Under the pieces are notes generated by a model. It worked only from the letters and a program-made list of their open reading frames with translations, searched no databases and was not told the DNA's origin. A stretch of 32,000 bases of DNA, from NCBI GenBank assembly GCA_943789275.1, contig CALSTM010000002.1, positions 120,001-152,000 on the forward strand. The letters are read 5' to 3'. The position numbers and the translations under genes were made by a program. The stretch is from Candidatus Poseidoniaceae archaeon (GTDB taxonomy: Archaea; Thermoplasmatota; Poseidoniia; Poseidoniales; Poseidoniaceae). Positions 8,768 to 20,500 of the stretch are shown piece after piece (the stretch's first letter is position 1; the number at the start of each line of letters is the position of its first letter).

Positions 8768-10870
8768 ATGACAGAGGGGGGGAGTCAAGGCCAAACAGAG
8801 GTGTTTGAATATCTTGCACATGAAAAGCCCCGTCCTGGACAAGTCGAGATGATTCGTGAATCAACTGAAGCACTTCGGAGCCGAGGATACCACTTGGCTG
8901 CAGCCCCAACGGGAATTGGTAAAACGGCTGCAGCATTATCCGCTGCCTTGGAAATAACTCAAAAATCTCCTACCAAAAAGCACGTCTTTTTCTTAACTTC
9001 TCGCCAAAGCCAGCATCGAATTGTCGTTGATACAGTCCGCCGTATCAATCAGCGACGGGTAGGAAAGGAACCCATCACCTTGGTCGACATGATCGGTCAA
9101 TCGGGAATGTGCGTCCAACCGTTTGCCAAGGAATCCAACCTCGTGTTCTCAATGATGTGCAGCACCGCTCGGAAGACAAAGTCATGCAGGCCATGGATTA
9201 CCAGTGCACCTGGCCTTACCAAGCGCATCCTTGACAGCCCACTCCATGTTGACGAACTTGTTGAATTAACGAAAATACACCGTGTGGGGGGTGAAATTAC
9301 TCAAACTTGCCCTTGGAAGGCTGCACGCGAAGCTGCAGGACTCGCCGATGTATTTGTCGGAGACTACAACCACATTTTCGATGAAGGTGTGCGTAAATCC
9401 AGTCTTGAAGCCATGGGTGTCGCCCTCAAAGACATCATTGTGATCGTTGATGAAGCCCATAACCTCCCCGATAGAATCCGTATGACCATGGAGCGCAGCA
9501 TTACACCAACCATCGCTCGCAATGCGACAATGGAACTTGAGGAATACGTCGGAGCACTTACTGCAACGTATCAACAAACCAATTCGGTACCGGTTGCCCT
9601 CGAATTAGATGTGGCAACATGGGCCTTTGAAATCATGAAGATTGCGCGAACCAAAACAGCAGACTTGTTTCGTCAATTGCATTCAGACCTGATGCGAGAT
9701 AATGAGGAAGACCGTGTAGAAGTGGAACGCTTTCTAGAGATCATTCACCGCTCGTGCGATGAGTATGAGGGACTGACTGGTCAGAAAACGCTGGATGGAA
9801 AGAGAGACGGAGATGATTTGGCGGTCGAGAGAGCGCATCGATTACCGAGACTCGCTGATGTGCTGCTTCGAGTTGAAGTCGAACTGGAAACGGGAGACGA
9901 CGAAGATACCATGGAGCCTGATGCGCACAAGATGGGTCACATCCTGAAGTGCATCGAAATGTTTGGAAAAACTACTGCACTCAGCCTTGTGTTTACTTCC
10001 AAAGGTCGAGAGGGAAGAATCACTTCGCATCTTCTTGACCCCGGGTTGGTTTCAGGCCCAGTTTTTGAATCCGTACATGGTGCAATTCTTATGTCGGGCA
10101 CCTTGTATCCTCCCAAAATGTATGCAGATATCCTCGACTTACCCACCGAAAAGACGACCAAGACTGCATATTCATCACCGTTTGCGGGAGAACGACGACC
10201 CGTATTAGTCGCAGGAGACGTGACCACAAAATATTCGCAACGCTCACCTGCAATGTGGTCGAAAATCCGCAATCATCTCCAGGCCCTCATCGACGGCACA
10301 CCCGGTCACATCGCAGTATTTGCACCATCGTATCGTATGATGGAAGAGATATTGGCTGAACATCGCTTCAAAGGTATTCGAAAGATTATGGAAAGCCGAG
10401 AGTGGAGCAAAAACGACATCGATTCACTTGTCGAAAACCTTCGAAGTGAGAAAGAAGCTGGGCAGCGTGTGTTGCTGTGTGGTGTATACGGCGCCCGACT
10501 TTCAGAAGGTATAGATTACAACGGAGGAATTCTTGATGCAGTTGCCTGCATCGGCATTCCAAACGCACCGCCTTCTGTTTTATCTGACTCATTGAAGGCT
10601 TACGCCGGTGACCGATTTGGTAAAAACAACGCTTGGAGATACACCGTCACTCAGCCTGCGATTAACGCCATCCTTCAAGCCATGGGCCGTCCAATACGCT
10701 CAATTGGAGATCGAGCGTTGATTCTCTTGTTGGACCAAAGACATACTGACCGCACCTACATCAGTTGCTATCCGAGTGATTTGAGGATGAACGCTACCAA
10801 CGACCCTCAAACTACGGCAAGTTTTGCTCGAAGGTTCTTCTCCAAGGTCCACACCATTGAAGAAGTGTAG
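8768..10870 (+). CDS. xpd: XPD/Rad3-family (DinG-like) 4Fe-4S ATP-dependent 5'-3' DNA helicase
   Basis: 700 aa with an ATG start. Walker A is AAAPTGIGKTAAAL. Four Cys fit the FeS domain (GMCVQP, MMCSTAR, KSCRPW, TQTCPW). The DEAH box is VDEAHNL, a long Arch-like insert is present, and motif VI is QAMGRPIRS. Confidence 0.9.
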   Translation: MTEGGSQGQTEVFEYLAHEKPRPGQVEMIRESTEALRSRGYHLAAAPTGIGKTAAALSAALEITQKSPTKKHVFFLTSRQSQHRIVVDTVRRINQRRVGKEPITLVDMIGQSGMCVQPFAKESNLVFSMMCSTARKTKSCRPWITSAPGLTKRILDSPLHVDELVELTKIHRVGGEITQTCPWKAAREAAGLADVFVGDYNHIFDEGVRKSSLEAMGVALKDIIVIVDEAHNLPDRIRMTMERSITPTIARNATMELEEYVGALTATYQQTNSVPVALELDVATWAFEIMKIARTKTADLFRQLHSDLMRDNEEDRVEVERFLEIIHRSCDEYEGLTGQKTLDGKRDGDDLAVERAHRLPRLADVLLRVEVELETGDDEDTMEPDAHKMGHILKCIEMFGKTTALSLVFTSKGREGRITSHLLDPGLVSGPVFESVHGAILMSGTLYPPKMYADILDLPTEKTTKTAYSSPFAGERRPVLVAGDVTTKYSQRSPAMWSKIRNHLQALIDGTPGHIAVFAPSYRMMEEILAEHRFKGIRKIMESREWSKNDIDSLVENLRSEKEAGQRVLLCGVYGARLSEGIDYNGGILDAVACIGIPNAPPSVLSDSLKAYAGDRFGKNNAWRYTVTQPAINAILQAMGRPIRSIGDRALILLLDQRHTDRTYISCYPSDLRMNATNDPQTTASFARRFFSKVHTIEEV

Positions 10871-10901
10871 AATCAAGTGAAACTTTGGAGGACGAAGGTT
10901 C

Positions 10902-11402
10902 ATGGAGGCCGCACACAACCGAGGTACCATGTCGACATGGGAACCCGTAGTGTTCGAGACAGATTCTTCGGAAATTGAAGATGTAAAAGAAGCGCATGCA
11001 AGCCCAGTAGGTCTTGACGCTCAACCCGAACAATTGCATGCAGACTTCCAGGTTCAAGCAGACCATCTTTCCGAAGTGCAGATGAACCATCAACAGGTTC
11101 TTGTTGCTGCCGGAATGATTCCAGAGTCCCACCTCGCTGAAGTCGCCCCCGAGCGCCAACTTGCTTGGATGGTTGAACAATTGCATGGGACTGTCAACCC
11201 AGATGGTCTGATGATTCCTCTTCATGGTGCAAAGGACAGCGATATTGAAGTCTCGACACTTCAAGGTGAGGCACACCGCAAACTTCGACTCGTTGTCAAG
11301 GAAGCAGAACACGACGATCTCCTACGAATCGTCCCACTTCCACCCGGTGCAGGAGAAATCAAAGCCCATTTCATCAACGGCCGTCTCCATCTGCGATGGT
11401 GA
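10902..11402 (+). CDS. hypothetical acidic protein with an Hsp20/alpha-crystallin-like C-terminal region
   Basis: 166 aa. ATG follows GGAGG (10887-10891). Strong GNN first-position codon bias on this strand. The C-terminus SDIEVSTL...LRLVVKE...LLRIVPLPPGAGEIKAHFINGRLHLRW resembles the last strands of an alpha-crystallin domain (x-R-x-x-x-LP ... A-x-x-x-NG-x-L). The antisense 166-aa track ORF 10812..11312 is Cys-rich and judged spurious. Confidence 0.55.
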   Translation: MEAAHNRGTMSTWEPVVFETDSSEIEDVKEAHASPVGLDAQPEQLHADFQVQADHLSEVQMNHQQVLVAAGMIPESHLAEVAPERQLAWMVEQLHGTVNPDGLMIPLHGAKDSDIEVSTLQGEAHRKLRLVVKEAEHDDLLRIVPLPPGAGEIKAHFINGRLHLRW

Positions 11403-11493
11403 TCTTCAGAACTTGGCTCATTCGTGTTACCAACTGCTGTTGGTATCGATGGCATCCTGACGTGAACATTCAGTTTACAGTCGTCGAAGCTCA

Positions 11494-11511
11494 TGAAGCA
11501 TTTTTGCTTCA
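11494..11511. terminator. hairpin with a T4/A4 loop in a convergent intergenic region (possible bidirectional terminator)
   Basis: TGAAGCA-TTTT-TGCTTCA forms a 7-bp perfect stem. It lies between the stop of the 10902-11402 gene (+) and the stop of the giant gene (-, 11577). Confidence 0.4.
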
Positions 11512-11576
11512 AGCATCGGCCCTGAGAGGCATATGTGGAACATTGCAAGGCTGTTACGTACGGAAAAACATCACTC

Positions 11577-14500
11577 TTATTTCTGTGACGTAAATTCACG
11601 AGGAGGCACCTTCGTCAAACTCGAAATTTCTTCACTCATTCGACCGAGCGCTTGTGTGGCAGCTGCTTGGTGCTGTTCTCCCATCTCTTCGCGGCTGTAT
11701 CGTGCTTGCTCAAACATGTTGTCAAGTGCGAGCAGTGCCTCGTCAGAGATCTGTGGCATTGCTTGGCGAATCGCCATCTCAAACTCACGAACTGTTTCGA
11801 AATCTCGCCGTAAGAAGCCGTTCTGCTGGAAGATAGAGCACAGGTTCTGGTAGCAAGTGAAAATGGTTTCACGTATGGAGTCACCCGCTGCAAGTAATTC
11901 AGCCGTGTAGGCAAACACTTCAGCAGCCTCTTGAAGCAACTCAGCGGATTGGCGACGACGGTACATGACCACACCAGCGGTAACCAGTCCAAGTAGAAGC
12001 AGTGTCAAGACATAGGCCCACGACGGGATTTGCTTTTCTTCTTCCTGGAACTTATACGAAAGCATCGAGGCTTGCCCTGCGTCCAAAGCGAACTCATCCA
12101 GTGTCTGTTGAGAGAGGCGGGGGTCATTGATAAGAATTTCAAGAGTAACCATGCCCCATTCATCGACATCCCCGTACGGAGGGTCCGACTTGAAATCGAA
12201 CTCTGCCACACCGTCTGCATCCGTCAACGGTTGCAGTGGATTCGAAAGCTGGGTGCCGTTCTCAGAATACATGTAAATGGTAACCGTAATTCCAGACACT
12301 CCTTGCTTTGTGTCTTCAGCGGTAATCAAAATTGAGCCTCCGATATCCTCTTGTTCGTTTTCGACAACCTCATCCAAAGTCACCAAAATATCGGCGTTGA
12401 TTTTAACGTAAATCGGATGGGCTGAACTTGCAGCATTGAGATAGTGCTCATCATGCCGAGGTGTTTCCAAATGAAGATATTGAGAGCCGGCTGAAAGGAA
12501 CGGTGGGGCGGTTGCTGTCAAAGTGAAGTTCCCATTTGCCCAGTCAATAAGCAGATTATCCAAGCAACGAGCCCCGTCTTTCTGAGCTAAACATTGTGAA
12601 CCATTACCCAAGTACAAGGTCACATTATCGAATACTTCTCCCAATCCACCAATCTCTGAAATAGAGCCGGTAAGAACGATTGGAGCGAACGTCGAATCGG
12701 AACGAACAACGATGTTCGATGATGTTTCATCGATTGTAATTTGAGCATTTGCCCAAACTGTTGCAGTTCCGGTAGACTGTGTACCCAAGTGGGCTTGTGT
12801 GCCTTCGAAGTAAACGGTGAAAAGGTGGTCACCACGGAGAAGATCAAGCGTTGCCGGGACTATCGCCGACCAACTGCCATCATCTTGAGTGGTCAGAGTC
12901 ATCAATTCCACATCATCGAGTCGAAGACTGAGTTCCATGTTCGCAAGGCCATCGTTGTTGACCGTATCAATATCATAAAGCCGTCCGGACAGCGTCCAAA
13001 GATTTCCACGAGTTGCATCCTTTCCGTCATCAAAGATGAGTGTTACATCCGAGCGATGTGCCAAGAAGAATGTGGTATTGCCCGTGTTGGAACGATAGAA
13101 TCCTTGGGCTTCGACAACTGCAAACAGCGAATTGTTACCAAATCCAAACGTATCTGGAACCGTCCATTCGTAGGTGAATGCACCGGTTGAATCGGTCAAA
13201 ACGGTTGCAATGACCAAGCCTTCAACTTCGAGTTCAACTTCCAAGTCAGCGACACCGGTCAATTGATTGTCGACAACTGTTCCAGTGATGGTGGTGTTCT
13301 GACCAACGGCCACTGGGCTTTCCATTGAGACACTTACCAGAATCGGGCTGAATACATTCCATGTACCAGTGGCATTGCTTGGAAGATAGAATGGAGTTCC
13401 AGTGAAACGGATTTCCAAATCAATTGGACCCAGTTGAGCATCAGCAGGAACAGGGTAAACAGCAGTAAACAAGCCGGTTTCATCGGTCGAGACATTGGTC
13501 ATCCATTGCCCACCAAGCCAAACCTCAACGCTGAGATTGTCAAGAGGTGAATCAACCAAGTCCAATAAACGGCCTTGAATCGTCATCAATGCTTCACGAT
13601 CGACTTCACCGGTAGCGGTCAAGAGAAGAATCTTCGTTGGAACACTGACGTTAAAGTCGACTTGCGCACTGCTGGGCAGATAGTAATCAGGGTTCCCGGG
13701 GTCACCAACTCCAATTGGGTCAACCCAGTCTCTACCGCCAAGGAAGCGGACTTCAATCTGGTGAGCTCCCGCCGCAGTGTTTTCGGGTAGTGTCCATGCG
13801 ACAGAGAAGGTTCCGTTGGCTGCATTCGTTTCGACACTCGAAACGGGTACGCCATCAATGAGCAGGTGAACGATAGCAAGTGATGGAACACCATCAATGG
13901 CAAGGCTCTGGCCAAGGTCGTCCAACAAAATACCTTCAACGCTGAAAGAATCACCAGCGACCAGGGTCGCAGGAGACGAAGTGATGGTTATATTCGTCTG
14001 GGCAAGAACAACGAATTGAGTCGAAGCATTCGAACCGAGTATTCCTGTCGTACCTGGGGTGCCAGAGAAAAGGACCTCTAAATCATTGAATCCAACACTT
14101 TGGTTCGATGGGACGACAAGAGATCCGTATGCGGTTCCGTTCTCGAAAGTCGTCAATGTAGTGCTTACATCGGTGCCGGTGAGCCGAACCAACACTTGTT
14201 GAGCTGAAATTGGTGAAAGCGTGTTGTCGCGAAGGAGGACCTGGACAGTGACGTTTTCACCACGTTCTGTTCGGTCGTTCAATGACGGAGAGCCTATTCC
14301 ATCCAAGGATGGCTTAACAAACACAAGTGTCGAGAATCCTCGACTGTCGAAAGACGCATTACTTACTGAGCCGATGTAATAGTTAACGCTGGGCACGTAC
14401 GAAGCTTCCAGAGAGTTGTTCCCTGCTTCAAACGCTTCGCTCAGTAAGAGAGAAGCATTCCAAAGACCCCCTGCAGTCACTGAACCACCGGTCACGGTGA

Positions 14501-17500
14501 AACCAATAGGTAGTCCGTTAATACTGAAGAGAATGTTCGACGGTAATACAGTTCCATCACGTTGTTCAAGCCCACTGCCATTGTCGCTAAGTACACGGCC
14601 TGATACATTGAACGAAGTTCCGGCAATTGGGTTTGCAGCAATTGGGTCGACAATCATAACGGTCGTTGAACGTATGGTGACGGTTGAGAGATTCACTTGC
14701 GTTGACAGCAAGTCAGCTGAACCGTTGAAGACCAAGGTAACCACAATCAATCCTAACGGATGCGAGAAGGGGACAAGGTGGCTAAAGTTCGCAGACCCTT
14801 CGCCGTCAGTTTGAGTACCAGGCAGCCATGTTTCGTGGAACTGAATGTCAACATCGAATCCCGAAAGCGGAGCGAAGAGGTTGGAAGATTCAAGCAAGCG
14901 AGCAGTGATGTTGACCGTTGAGCCTCTGTTCACAGTGATCGGGTTCAACGGCTGAATATTGTTGAATTGGCTGACACCCATGACGAGTATACCGGATTGC
15001 GTTGTAGCCGTGAGATAGAACGGTGAAGAACCTTCGATGACCGTGATGACCAAAGTTCGGTCACCGCGTAGAGTTCCGTTACCTGATGTATCGGTTGGAA
15101 CGCTCATGTTGAATGTACCGTTCGGAGACGTTTGATACGAGGAGACCAACAGTTCGTCAGGATTGCTAAGCCAAAAGGCTGACATTTCAACAGGAGATGT
15201 AAGAGGGCGTGTTGGGTCATCAGCATCGAGAACTTGGCCAAGGACGTTGAAGTCTATACCAGCGGTGGTAACTGTTGGAACAGAGTCGAGCCGTATATCA
15301 CTGGGCACCTGGACCGTCAAATTGACAATCGAAGAATTACCTGTTCGTCGAGAGTTGCCAACCGCAAGACCGTCGGTAAGGTCGTCGTAGACGATGACCA
15401 AGACGTCATAGAATCCTGGATTGATTCCGGTGGCGGTCCATTGCAAGGTCGAGTTACCTTCGGCATCAGAAACGCCAAAGCCCATCGATGTGTTGGAGTT
15501 GCCCCAATCGAAAATGAATTCCACATTCGCATCAGATACGTTTGATCGATCTGCTAAATCGGTGACCTTTGCAATGAAGTCAACCGACTGGTTCATTTCG
15601 ACAATGAGAGCATCCCTCTCTGGTTCAATCACAAACTCAGATTCAATACCAACAAGTGTTGAAGGGAGGAGTGGAACCGCAGGAGGCACGGAAGAATCGA
15701 CAAATCGATAATAGGAGCCACCGTCAGGAGCCATTGTGTCGAAATCCATACCAAGAACAACCTCGTATGCATTCGAAGGGTTCGAAGTCGGTGCAGTGAA
15801 ACTGAGATTGAAACTTCCAGTCGTGTTGTTCAAGAAACCTTGAGAAAGGTCAAACGGTTGACCTTCGAAGTTGAACATCGTCAATGTAAGCATGGTAATG
15901 TTGTCACCAAGTACTTTCACATTCGGATACTGCGCATCAAAAATATCTCCAAATATGTAACTGGTATTACCGATATGCGTCCAATCTTGACTTACACTCA
16001 AGTTCCAATCAACTTCAGCAGCCACACGAATCTGAGCCAGGCCAGTAGACGGTTGGTACAAGTCCGAACCATTGAACGAAATTGAGAAAGGATAGTCACC
16101 AGCAAGAAGCGTGGAATCAATAAGCCAACTGATGGTCATCGACTCTGAAATCGGGTCAACGGTCGTATTTACCCAAGAGCCGTTGAATCCGAAATCAAAG
16201 TTACCAGAGATAAAGAGGTCGCTCGAGAGCCCACGATGGTCCAAAACAGTCACCAAAATGGAAGAATCTGAGCCTCGAAGTTGAGAACTTGCCAGTACCT
16301 CAAACTCGAGGAAACCTCGAAGGAGGTGCGGAGCACTTGAAGAGAGGTTTGCATCATCAGTCGCTTCGATAGCGTCGGGGAAGAATCGAAGCTGAATTTC
16401 AATTTCGCCCGCTAAGACTTGTGCATCGGCAGTCGTGAGCAGATGCTGAAGACTGAATGCACCGTTCACTGTCCGGTTGAATACCTGGAGCCAATCATCG
16501 GATGTTCCGTTTTGACGGATGGAAAAAGAAAGGTTTCCGGGCATAGCCACAGGTGAAGCACCCGTCGTTAACGCACTACCGTTAACCCATAAATCATCAT
16601 TGATGACAAGGATGCTCTTGTTTGTCAACGGGCCTTCGAGGGTGGCAGTCAAGTTCGGTGCATCACGCACATCAATCAAAATGGCTGTCGTTGTTGGTCG
16701 CAAATGGAATTGAACCGGAGTCAGGCCTACAACTTGAGTATCCTGCCACCCAGAGAATCCAAGTGTTGCAGAAACATTCGTCTTGGTTTCCAGCGGGTCA
16801 AGTTCAAGTTCGATGCTCCACGAACCATCGGAATTAAGAGGGCTGCTCAAGTTTGTGAAACCGTTGACTGAGGAAGTAAAGGAAAGCCAAATTTCGGGTG
16901 GGCTATCATCCAGTATTCCGACGTTCTGAACAGCGTCGAATGGAGGGCTTTCCAACTTGAGTGTTCCTTCGATAACAGTGAGGGCCCCTGCACCGGCAAT
17001 GGGGGCATTGATTGCATTCGGACCTGTATGATTGATGACGGAGTCATCGGTAACATTGACATAACCATCGTAAACAATTCCGGATTCTGAAACATAGCCT
17101 TGCTGATCGAGTTTTACGACCACACGGTACATGCCTGGGCCTGCCATTTCCGGTGGTGACCCGGTGAAGCTGAATGTACCGTTGGAGAGCGTGACTTCAG
17201 AACCTATTTGGAAACCCGGAATTGAAGCAGCACCTGGCACTTGGCCTTCAAGTCCAACTGGGACTAAGTAACCCACAAGTGGAAGGAGGGGTATCGCAGT
17301 GGCGTTTTCAGTAAACCGAAGTTGTCCTGAGACGGTGAGTGTGTTGTTGGCATCACGGTCGTACAGGAGCGAGGAGATGCTCTGATTGACGATTTCTACT
17401 TCCTCTGCGGCAGGGCACGCATCGAAAGCAATCCAACCAAGGTCGGTATCACCGTTCGCTGCATTTTGTTGCAAGCGAACTTCACCCCAAGTCGTCAGGT

Positions 17501-20500
17501 CATTGGAGTAAACAGTGTACCCTTCTCCATTCCAAGTACCACCAGAGAATCCGGATACCTTACGGGCAGGAAGACCAGCCAGACGAGCCATCGTAACAAA
17601 AGCCGTGTTGAATTCGGAACATGTTCCTTCAAAAACCGATTCAACTAAACTCGTGCTCAAATCTTCTGTCGTTGGGATTCGCGAACCGTTGTAATTGCGT
17701 TTGAAATCGGTCGTCGCATTGCCGTTAGCGAGGAAGTCTTGAATGGCCAGTGCACTGTCGTATGCGTTGGTTGCGCCCGACTCAGAAACAATCGCTGTCG
17801 TGACATTCAAAAGGTATGAACTGGCATTGGTAGGGTCAGTAAAAGAAGAGGGTAAGATTAACTCATAACTTGAATTTGCCCCTGGAACTGTCGAGGAAGC
17901 GAGTGTTGCCCAATCGAAGTAATATTCGGGTTGCTGGACGTATATTTCTTGAATCGGGCCGGTAACAACTCGTATGTTGTGGGAGTCATTTGACCGTTGC
18001 AACACTCCAGCTGAATCCACAATGAACGATATATTCGAAATGGAATCAGGCACAGGAAGGCTGCCTATGTCAATTGGGTTTTGGTACTTGATGAACCAGT
18101 CCAATGTCTCGTTGGCAAAGGCCAAGTCAGCAAGGTGAGTGAGGTTTGAAGAGGGCAGAACAATCGCTTCATACGGGTGCACAGACTCAAGGTGGGCATA
18201 GGTTGTTCCTGTGTAGAAATCATAGGTGGTCATTCGCCAACGATGGACAATACTTGTATCAACAGCACCAGAGGTGTTGTTTGCCCAGAATACAATTTCA
18301 GTAGGAGTGATATCATCGGAAGGATCGAATGGGTCGAAAGGTGAGCCAACACAACCCAAGACCCAGAACTCTTGACTGCATTCCATTCCGTCACTCATTC
18401 CTCCACCATCGGTATCCGGATTGGTCCAGTCTGTACCAGTTTGGTTCTCAACAGCGTCAGGGACACCATCACCGTCAAAATCTGCTGGGAGGAGGTCGTC
18501 GGTTGGATCGTTCTCTGGATTCGTCCCGTCGAAGTATTCATCTCGATCGCTAACTCCGCCTGCATCGGTGTCCAAGTCAAGGTCGTCGGTGACCCAGACA
18601 TCGGAAGAACCGTTGAGAATACCGATAAACGAAAGGTCACAGCCAGTCGTGGTCTCAAAGTAGTTGTTAAGGCCGTCAAGGTCTTCATCCAAGAGATTCA
18701 CACACGGCTCGTTCGGATCGGTGTTGTCAAAGACCTCATCGAAATCGCTCACACCGTCAGCATCTGTGTCAGCAAGAGTAGGATTTGAAAACCAGCCGAA
18801 AGTTCCAAGCAATTCCTGCCAGTCAGCCAGTCCATCTGCGTCCGTATCCAGATAATCGTCATCGCAGTATGTTTGTGTTGTACCGATTGTACCTGAGGCT
18901 GTTGCCGAAGTGTGGCAGAATGAACCGTTACGGTTCGATACTTGCGTTACACCTGCAACCGGTGCAGGTGAAACACCTTGTAAGAAATTGTTCACCGTTG
19001 CCGCATAGGCGAACGGAATCCAGGTGCCTGAGGTATTGAACCAACCAACACCACCGCTCGGGTTAAACCCAGTACCGTCGAGAACTTCGAGTTGGCCATT
19101 ACCACCGTTCCATACAACAACAGTCGTTTCAAAATTGACCAACGAATCACATGGATCGGTGCCGTGTGAAACGTTTCGCTCATCACCGTCGTTGATTCCA
19201 CCGAAATCCGTGTCGGCGACATCCCATAATGTGCAGGAAAGATTCTCTTCCCAGTTTTGTATCCCATCGTTGTCTTCATCCCCCGAATCTTCCATCCGGG
19301 TCGGGTCGGTTTCCCCAGCGTCAAGAACGCCATTGAAATTGGAATCTTCATCGCCGTCATCAAAAGCATCACCGTCGGTATTGTTACTTCGAGGATTGCT
19401 TGCTTGTGGTGGGTTTCCGTAACCTGCGTTGATTTCAACACCATCGGGGATACCATCTCGGTCCGTATCCGACGAAGTTGGGTCCGTGAGCAAGGTTAAC
19501 GCCTCGTATGAGTCGTTCAGTCCGTCTCCGTCAGAATCAGCTCGTTGTGGGTTGGTCGAAGTGATGCCATCGACTTCCGCAGTGAACGTTGCGCATCCAC
19601 CAGGGCCAACACCATCGACGGGGTCACACGGCGAGGTTGTCTCCGTTACGATACCATCAGGCCCATTTCGGAAACAGGGAGATGAACCGCACATCGTAGT
19701 CCAAGTAGGATTCACGTATTCCAGGAGATTGATTAAACCGTCACCATCGGGGTCGCCGTTTGGCCCGTCAGCATTGGATGGAGAAGTTGCGTTGAGACCG
19801 TTCGCAGCCTCCCAACCGTCGTCCATTCCGTCGCCATCGGTATCCCATCCGGCAACATCTTCGTCTTCGATTCCATCGCCATCATCATCGTTTGAGGAAC
19901 AATCGGCATCACCATCGTTGTCTGGATCTGCTGAATCCACCAGGCCGTCCTTGTCATCGTCAAAACCGTTGGTACAGATGTTCCCCACTGGATCTTCATC
20001 GCACAGTATGATGCTGCCTTGACCGTCAGAGCCACTGTCACCGCAACCGGGACGGTTGTATTGAAGCGCATCTTCTTCGTTCCAATCGTTGACTGGAACT
20101 GTACCGTTCCACCAAACGCCGCGATCCAATATATTCGGCGTTGATGAACTGTCCCAAGAGGAGGGCTGAAGGTAGGAATATTCTTGCAGATTCGACATAC
20201 CGTCTCCATCTGGGTCACCAACTGCCCCGTCTACACCGTTGCTGGAAAGTGGGTCAAGTCCGTATTTCCATTCCCAACCGTCAGGTAGGCCATCGTTATC
20301 TGAATCTGGATCGTTTGGAGCGGTATTCATCAAGTACTCAAGACCGTATGTTAGACCGTCACCGTCTTGGTCTGATGCCGCAAGTACATCCATAGAAACG
20401 TACGGAATGGCCGCGAATGTTGAAAGCAACATCATGGCCGTTAATGCAACAGATTTGAACGCATTTCGATGCTGAAGAATTTGCCATTGGAAGCGCGGCT

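Noticed and set aside
12005-20475. Dozens of 60-197-aa ORFs on both strands inside the giant gene (for example 19429..20022 +, 18992..19456 -, 12741..13190 +)
   Set aside because: All are nested within one uninterrupted 9-kb reading frame with coherent domain content. Their products are Ser/Pro/Arg-rich shadows typical of alternative frames of Asp/Gly/Thr-rich coding DNA.
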